A DNA stretch of 64,000 bases, taken from the IMG/VR virus record IMGVR_UViG_3300027983_001201, positions 3,194-67,193 of that record, one strand, 5' to 3'. How positions within the stretch are numbered: position 1 is the first letter of the stretch; the number at the start of each line of letters is the position of its first letter. Both the position numbers and the translations under genes were made by a program. The stretch is from a virus. Below are positions 58,967 to 64,000 of this stretch, one piece after another. The notes beneath the pieces were generated by a model. That model ran no database searches, was not told the origin of the DNA, and was given only the letters and a program-made list of their open reading frames with translations.

Positions 58967-59853
58967 AGGTGGGTATTTTTAACTCTATAATCATTAAACT
59001 CCTCAGTACACTCATCGTAGGTGAATAGATTATTATCTCTATCTAAGTAATTGTGGTATCTAAATATATTATAACCACAATGCCAATACCCATCAGAAAT
59101 ATTATATCTACCCCAATACTTAGGTGCTAAGATATATTTAACATTTTCATTAAGTAATGTTGCAAAATATGGGAAACTTGAGTTTGATAATATTAGATAA
59201 TGTGCGTTTTTAATTATTGAGAAATCCTTACCTATATCAAAATGATACACCTCAAACGTTGGGAAGTATTGTGAGGACCTCTCAACATCGTCAGTTATGA
59301 CCACAAATCTAAAATCGGGGTTAATCTCTAACATACGATTTATAGCGTGGTCCCAATACGTCTTGGGTAAATGAAAGTTAACAACACTAGCGTACTCACC
59401 ACCCCTAAAATTTAATACACAAATATCATCACTAGCAAAATCATAACAATCATTTTCTGATTTAATTTTTAACCATTGTTTAATCTCCTCTTTACGGTGT
59501 ATAATCCTATTTTCACTTTGGAACACCCCATCAATTTTGGTGTTGTCATTGATTTCATCTAAAAGTGGGTCATCTATTCTAATGTCACTACCATTAGGGT
59601 GTCTAACATCTCTCTCCCTAAAATAATGTTCGATACCATCGGGTAAGGTGGTTGGTGGTGCACCTTCATATGGTATCGTACCACTGTGTACTGGATTACC
59701 AAAATCTAAATCCATAAAGTCTAAACACTTAAATTTTTCTGGACTCTTAATACCAAAATCTAACCCTTTGTCTTTAGCGACAACCCTAGTTGTAACATAA
59801 CATGCTAATTGATTACCTAACCCTTGTCCATTATATATCTCCGTTACAATCAT
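58957..59853 (-). CDS. GT11-like glycosyltransferase
   Basis: GQGLGNQL, NFRGGEY, TDD, SNSSF. Confidence 0.8.
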   Translation of the reverse strand: MIVTEIYNGQGLGNQLACYVTTRVVAKDKGLDFGIKSPEKFKCLDFMDLDFGNPVHSGTIPYEGAPPTTLPDGIEHYFRERDVRHPNGSDIRIDDPLLDEINDNTKIDGVFQSENRIIHRKEEIKQWLKIKSENDCYDFASDDICVLNFRGGEYASVVNFHLPKTYWDHAINRMLEINPDFRFVVITDDVERSSQYFPTFEVYHFDIGKDFSIIKNAHYLILSNSSFPYFATLLNENVKYILAPKYWGRYNISDGYWHCGYNIFRYHNYLDRDNNLFTYDECTEEFNDYRVKNTHLWK

Positions 59854-59854
59854 A

Positions 59855-60559
59855 TTATCTATATTTATCGAACATTAATTTTACTTCTTTATTTTTTCTT
59901 TCTTGTGTTAATGTGTTTGATACACTATTACCCCACGTTCTATTAACAACATTTATCACATTTAAATATGATGGTTCACCATAATTAATATACATTTTTT
60001 TATAAAAGTCAACATCCATCAACCAAATTAAAGTTTCATCAAAATAACATTTATCACTATTATTTTTAATTGTTATAACACTTGGGGAACTAATTCTATT
60101 ATTCCCTAAATGAATATCGTTTGTCCAACTCGGATAAAACGGTCTATAAAATGTGTATCCGTCATTTGAGTGTTCACACCCAGTTGCAAACCATATTTTA
60201 TCTTTGTTTTTACCAATATGGTTTTTAAGTAATTCTAAAGAATCTTTAGAAAAAAGGAAATCATCCTGAAAAAGGATTTTAATCCATTTACCATTCGAGT
60301 GATTTATTGCGTTATTAATGTTTGGTGAAGATCCACCTATTTTGTGAGCATTTCGATAGTACTTTATTTCTAATATTTCAGACCACCTATCACACAAATC
60401 TTTTATTATATCATTTTGACTATGATCAGAGACTATAACTTCGAAATCTTTAAATGTTTGTTTACTTAGAATTGATAAACTATTTGTTAAGAATTCCTCA
60501 CCATAACCACCCATTTCATAGGTAGGTATTGCGATTGAGAAGAATGGTTTTTCTATCAT
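59855..60559 (-). CDS. Glycosyltransferase family 2
   Basis: SIAIPTY, QTFKDFEVIVSD, ILFQDD. Confidence 0.85.
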   Translation of the reverse strand: MIEKPFFSIAIPTYEMGGYGEEFLTNSLSILSKQTFKDFEVIVSDHSQNDIIKDLCDRWSEILEIKYYRNAHKIGGSSPNINNAINHSNGKWIKILFQDDFLFSKDSLELLKNHIGKNKDKIWFATGCEHSNDGYTFYRPFYPSWTNDIHLGNNRISSPSVITIKNNSDKCYFDETLIWLMDVDFYKKMYINYGEPSYLNVINVVNRTWGNSVSNTLTQERKNKEVKLMFDKYR

Positions 60560-60614
60560 AACGTATTTTTAAGTTTAGTTATATTCATTACTTTTTTTTC
60601 TGTTTACGTATCAA

Positions 60615-61337
60615 TTATCTTTCTAATTTATCGTAAGGTGTTTTGTTTCTAATTTTGGTTGCGTGATCAGTAACCATAGACATATCTACTTTATGTTCAT
60701 TTATTGGGTTTTCTGCATTATACACATAATTCACATCAGACATAAATTTATAGTGTTCTTCACCTGACATTTCAAGCATAGGGAACATAAAACATAGGTC
60801 CCCACTCCATTGCCAGTATTCACCATTTTCATCTTTTAGGTCTGATTCTTTTATTTTTCTCCACAAAAAAGATCTCCATGTTCTAATGTGGGAAGCAGTG
60901 AATCTAACACTTCTTAAATCACCGAACCCTATTTGTTTCTCTGAAAACCCATTTTGACCATTAGAATATCTAAAACTACCATTAGCTATCCACACGTTTT
61001 CATCTTTATAAATCTCATCGATTCTTTTAAATACTTTTGAGTCAGGTAAATAGTCATCACCGTCCACTTCAATTAAAACCTCATTGTCATCTATATCAGG
61101 GTTATTTCTAATAACTTTGTCGAAATTACCTGTCTGATATAGTTTTTTATCTGAGTCATCTAAAAGAATAAATCTATTATCATTTTTTATAAATTCTTTT
61201 ACTAATTTAACAGAATTGTCAGTAGATAAATCATGTGTAATATAACATGTAAAATCTTTGTGTGTTTGTGACATAATGGATGCAATACACCTTTCGATAT
61301 AATTTTCCGCATTGTAAAAACCAGTTAATATTACCAT
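60615..61337 (-). CDS. Glycosyltransferase family 2
   Basis: YNAENYIERCIASI, DLSTDNS, VDGDD. Confidence 0.85.
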   Translation of the reverse strand: MVILTGFYNAENYIERCIASIMSQTHKDFTCYITHDLSTDNSVKLVKEFIKNDNRFILLDDSDKKLYQTGNFDKVIRNNPDIDDNEVLIEVDGDDYLPDSKVFKRIDEIYKDENVWIANGSFRYSNGQNGFSEKQIGFGDLRSVRFTASHIRTWRSFLWRKIKESDLKDENGEYWQWSGDLCFMFPMLEMSGEEHYKFMSDVNYVYNAENPINEHKVDMSMVTDHATKIRNKTPYDKLER

Positions 61338-61340
61338 ATT

Positions 61341-62024
61341 TTAAACTTTTATATATTTTTTCAATATTTTTTCTGTATAACCATTAGTGTCTATTTTTAA
61401 CGTATTTATATAATCATTAAAAATATCACTTCTTAAAGTAACCCAATTATTATCCTCTACATTATTTTCCATTTTTATCGAAACTTTATTATTTAAAATA
61501 TACTCAATTTTTTCTACTAAGTCAATAATAGAAATAATTTCAATACCATTAACATACACTGTTTCACATTTTATTTTCCCTATACAATAATTCACTAAAC
61601 TAACAACATCTACAACATCAATAATTGATCGTTTACTATCCTTATATACGTTAAATTCTTTTTTATTACTTATTTTACTTACTAAGTAATTAATTAAATT
61701 ATTGGAGTTTCCTAACTCACCGATTAGTTGTGGAACCCTAAAAATTAAATAATTATTAGATAGATTTTTAATTAAAACTTCCATTTCTTTTTTATGGGTA
61801 TAATATGGGTTAGATTTAAAATCTATTAAAATAGTGCTAAAATAGATTATTTGTTTATCAGAATTTTTTTCTATCGTCTCAGTTAATAATTTTTTCTCTC
61901 TTAAAAATTTATTTTTATCAGTTTCTTGAGAATTGGATACTCCAGATGCAAATATTAAAATACTTTTATCCACATTAAAGTATTCTTTAAACGATTTAGA
62001 TATTAATCCATCACCTACTATCAT
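61341..62024 (-). CDS. NAD-dependent epimerase/dehydratase-like protein
   Basis: MIVGDGLI, IFASGVSNS, YFST, YYTHK. Confidence 0.75.
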   Translation of the reverse strand: MIVGDGLISKSFKEYFNVDKSILIFASGVSNSQETDKNKFLREKKLLTETIEKNSDKQIIYFSTILIDFKSNPYYTHKKEMEVLIKNLSNNYLIFRVPQLIGELGNSNNLINYLVSKISNKKEFNVYKDSKRSIIDVVDVVSLVNYCIGKIKCETVYVNGIEIISIIDLVEKIEYILNNKVSIKMENNVEDNNWVTLRSDIFNDYINTLKIDTNGYTEKILKKYIKV

Positions 62025-62031
62025 ATTATTC

Positions 62032-62817
62032 TCATAACTCTAAAATATCTAACCACGAATCAATTATTTCATCATTATCTAATTCCTCACTATCGTGTGT
62101 AGTGGCGAAATTTCCTTTAAACAATGTACCAGTTGTATAACATTCATCTTTTACTAATGAAGCAACTTCACTTTTAGATGAAAGATAAACTGCGTTTACC
62201 ATATCATACATTTTTTGTTTATCACCTATAAATCCATATTCAATAACTTTATCAGATAGGTAAGGTTTTACTTCATTATTGTAGTAATTATTATCAGTAA
62301 CATTACCAAATAAATAAATCTTCTCAAATCCATCACCCAAAGCCCTTTTTATTGAAACATGGGTTTGTTTATTCTCATCAATAGATCCAACAATTCCAGC
62401 AACTTTTAATGTGGATACATCCTTTTCGTTCTTTAATAAAGTCTCTTTTATATTAGGTATGCACACATATTTACCCTTAAAAGTTGAATGATATTTTTTT
62501 TGTTTTTCATTTATGAATACAACCTTATCCCAAAAAGGTTTTATTTTACCAATCTCGAATATAGTTTTCTCGTGACAGTTAAAAATCACTTTTTTACAAT
62601 TTGGTCTGGATGGTAGTTGTAAGAAATGTACTATTAAATGATCATCTTTTTCAAGTTTAAAATTCTTAGATAAATCCGATTTACATTTATCTAAATGCCA
62701 CTCATGTGGTCCATATAAAATAGTTTCATACCCATACTCATTTAACTTATTAGTTAAATTAATAAACGCAAACGTTGATCCCCCTCTATCACTCCATCCA
62801 GTAATTATCTTAATCAT
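62032..62817 (-). CDS. GT-B glycosyltransferase
   Basis: GGST N-terminal loop, GSIDENK, SSKSE. Confidence 0.7.
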   Translation of the reverse strand: MIKIITGWSDRGGSTFAFINLTNKLNEYGYETILYGPHEWHLDKCKSDLSKNFKLEKDDHLIVHFLQLPSRPNCKKVIFNCHEKTIFEIGKIKPFWDKVVFINEKQKKYHSTFKGKYVCIPNIKETLLKNEKDVSTLKVAGIVGSIDENKQTHVSIKRALGDGFEKIYLFGNVTDNNYYNNEVKPYLSDKVIEYGFIGDKQKMYDMVNAVYLSSKSEVASLVKDECYTTGTLFKGNFATTHDSEELDNDEIIDSWLDILEL

Positions 62818-63926
62818 TATATTAATTCTTTATATTCTTTTATTATAATATTAACATCACCTAAATCACTAATAAAAAGATTAGGGATTTTTGGGTATAG
62901 GTTATTTATGTGTGGTATTAATTCAGCATTTATTATGTGAATTATATCATATTTCACATCATTGATTTTATATAATTTTTTTTCTTCTGAAGGGGTAGTA
63001 CCATTATTAGTATTAAATCCCCATTTACCATCACCCATTTTAAACCCTGGTGGTTCTTTAATGTTCACACATTTTATATTATTTTTTTTAAATTCTTTAT
63101 TAATTTTACCACCTAATTGGGTTAGGATATCTACTTTACAATTATTCTTAATCATTTCTTTAGAAAACTCTAATATTTTATTTTCGATAGGGTTCTCTTC
63201 TGAATTAACCATTAAACATGTGATCAACACTTTAAGTTTATTTTGTTTACCAAATTCCTTTTTAACTTTAGCTGGTAAACTTTCTTTATATTTCTCAGCG
63301 AATATTAATCTATTAGATTCCCACTTTTCATTTGTTTGTCCAATAGATAGGTGAGTCACATCAATATCTGATGTAACACCAATTTTAACACCCTCTAAGT
63401 AGTTCCTAAAACAAAAATCTATTTCATAAAAATGAAATCCTTCTACTTTTTCATCGAAATTACATTTAATTTTTTCTTTATCAACCGCAAAGAATAATCC
63501 ATCTACAATGACAGTATTGTCAATGAAACCAATCTTTTTATCTGAGTACTTTGACAACCATCTTTTACCTTCGTGTTTATGGTAAACTTGACCATACATA
63601 TGTGAAGGATTCTCCCACCATTGTCCAGATACAGGAACTTCTCTAGACCCAGCGATACCAACGATACCGAAATCTGGATTTTTTTTCATTACTCTGAGTA
63701 ATTTTGTACCCCAGTTTTTTGTGTCAAAGACTAAATCATCGTGACAAAAAACTGTAATGTCGTTTGTAGTTTCTTTTAAAGCTCTATTATATAGTTCAGT
63801 TAACCCATAATCACCATTGTTTATGTATTGAATAACTTCAATACTATTACCTAACCCAGAAGTTTTCTTTATATGTTCAATATGGGATGGATTATCCTCT
63901 CTTGTTGAGTATACTACACTAATCAT
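62817..63926 (-). CDS. GT2-like glycosyltransferase with GT4-like N-domain at C-terminus
   Basis: YNRAL, FCHDD, VDGLF, FHFYEIDFC; KVLITC...YDIIHI. Confidence 0.75.
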   Translation of the reverse strand: MISVVYSTREDNPSHIEHIKKTSGLGNSIEVIQYINNGDYGLTELYNRALKETTNDITVFCHDDLVFDTKNWGTKLLRVMKKNPDFGIVGIAGSREVPVSGQWWENPSHMYGQVYHKHEGKRWLSKYSDKKIGFIDNTVIVDGLFFAVDKEKIKCNFDEKVEGFHFYEIDFCFRNYLEGVKIGVTSDIDVTHLSIGQTNEKWESNRLIFAEKYKESLPAKVKKEFGKQNKLKVLITCLMVNSEENPIENKILEFSKEMIKNNCKVDILTQLGGKINKEFKKNNIKCVNIKEPPGFKMGDGKWGFNTNNGTTPSEEKKLYKINDVKYDIIHIINAELIPHINNLYPKIPNLFISDLGDVNIIIKEYKELI

Positions 63927-63933
63927 ATTAATT

Positions 63934-64000
63934 TTATCTTTTTGACGATATTATTTTAAATTCTTCTTCAGTTAATTCAAACTCAGTGATAAATTCAGTT
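63934..64000 (-). CDS. C-terminal end of a gene entering from beyond the window
   Basis: ...TEFITEFELTEEEFKIISSKR* in hand translation. Confidence 0.45.
   Translation of the reverse strand, partial: TEFITEFELTEEEFKIISSKR

Noticed and set aside
2840-63354. Many antisense or overlapping ORFs in the track (e.g. 15078-15482, 21909-22283, 31723-32274, 37803-38162)
   Set aside because: Ser/Leu/Phe-rich shadows of real genes on the opposite strand or frame, without start context
1-64000. Genome-wide alternative genetic code (TGA=Trp or TAG=Gln)
   Set aside because: Core genes are intact in the standard code, TGA and TAG end genes at sensible positions, and only one in-frame TGA was found
1-64000. 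CRISPR array, tRNA, rRNA, IS element or DGR
   Set aside because: No spaced repeats, cloverleaf, transposase or reverse transcriptase seen by eye; intergenic gaps are short or explained by remnants

Overview
AT-rich fragment of a T4-like (gp17/gp20/gp21/gp22/gp23-type) jumbo phage genome. A Bacteroidota host is likely: TAnnTTTG promoters, A-rich leaders without Shine-Dalgarno, and lipoprotein-type genes. Layout: (i) 1-28.6 kb accessory/late region, including an intein-containing ClpC, an N4/N6 DNA methyltransferase, a GH24 lysozyme, a nucleotidyltransferase and many acidic unknown proteins; (ii) 28.6-37.8 kb head morphogenesis module (terminase, portal, prohead protease, scaffold, major capsid) followed by an HNH endonuclease; (iii) 39.6-45.8 kb minus-strand structural genes and a gp55-like sigma factor; (iv) 45.8-64 kb minus-strand glycosylation island (PhoH, Fcl, intein-containing Gmd, two GT11, GT2/GT4/GT17/GT32-like, methyltransferases). 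The strongest unexplained signal is that about 20 unrelated proteins carry short shared N-terminal leaders ending in a prohead-protease-type L/I-x-E site, usually behind a TATTTAT(A) motif. One leader class resembles the scaffold C-terminus, suggesting a modular capsid-cargo loading system. Other highlights: two convergent gene pairs bounded by a 96-bp promoter+signal-peptide repeat, a gene enclosed by a GC-rich 10-bp inverted repeat, a TGA at the conserved Trp of a TylF methyltransferase, and several genes reduced to fused N-/C-terminal stubs. Family assignments come from motif recognition by eye; no database search was run. No tRNA, rRNA or CRISPR array was seen.
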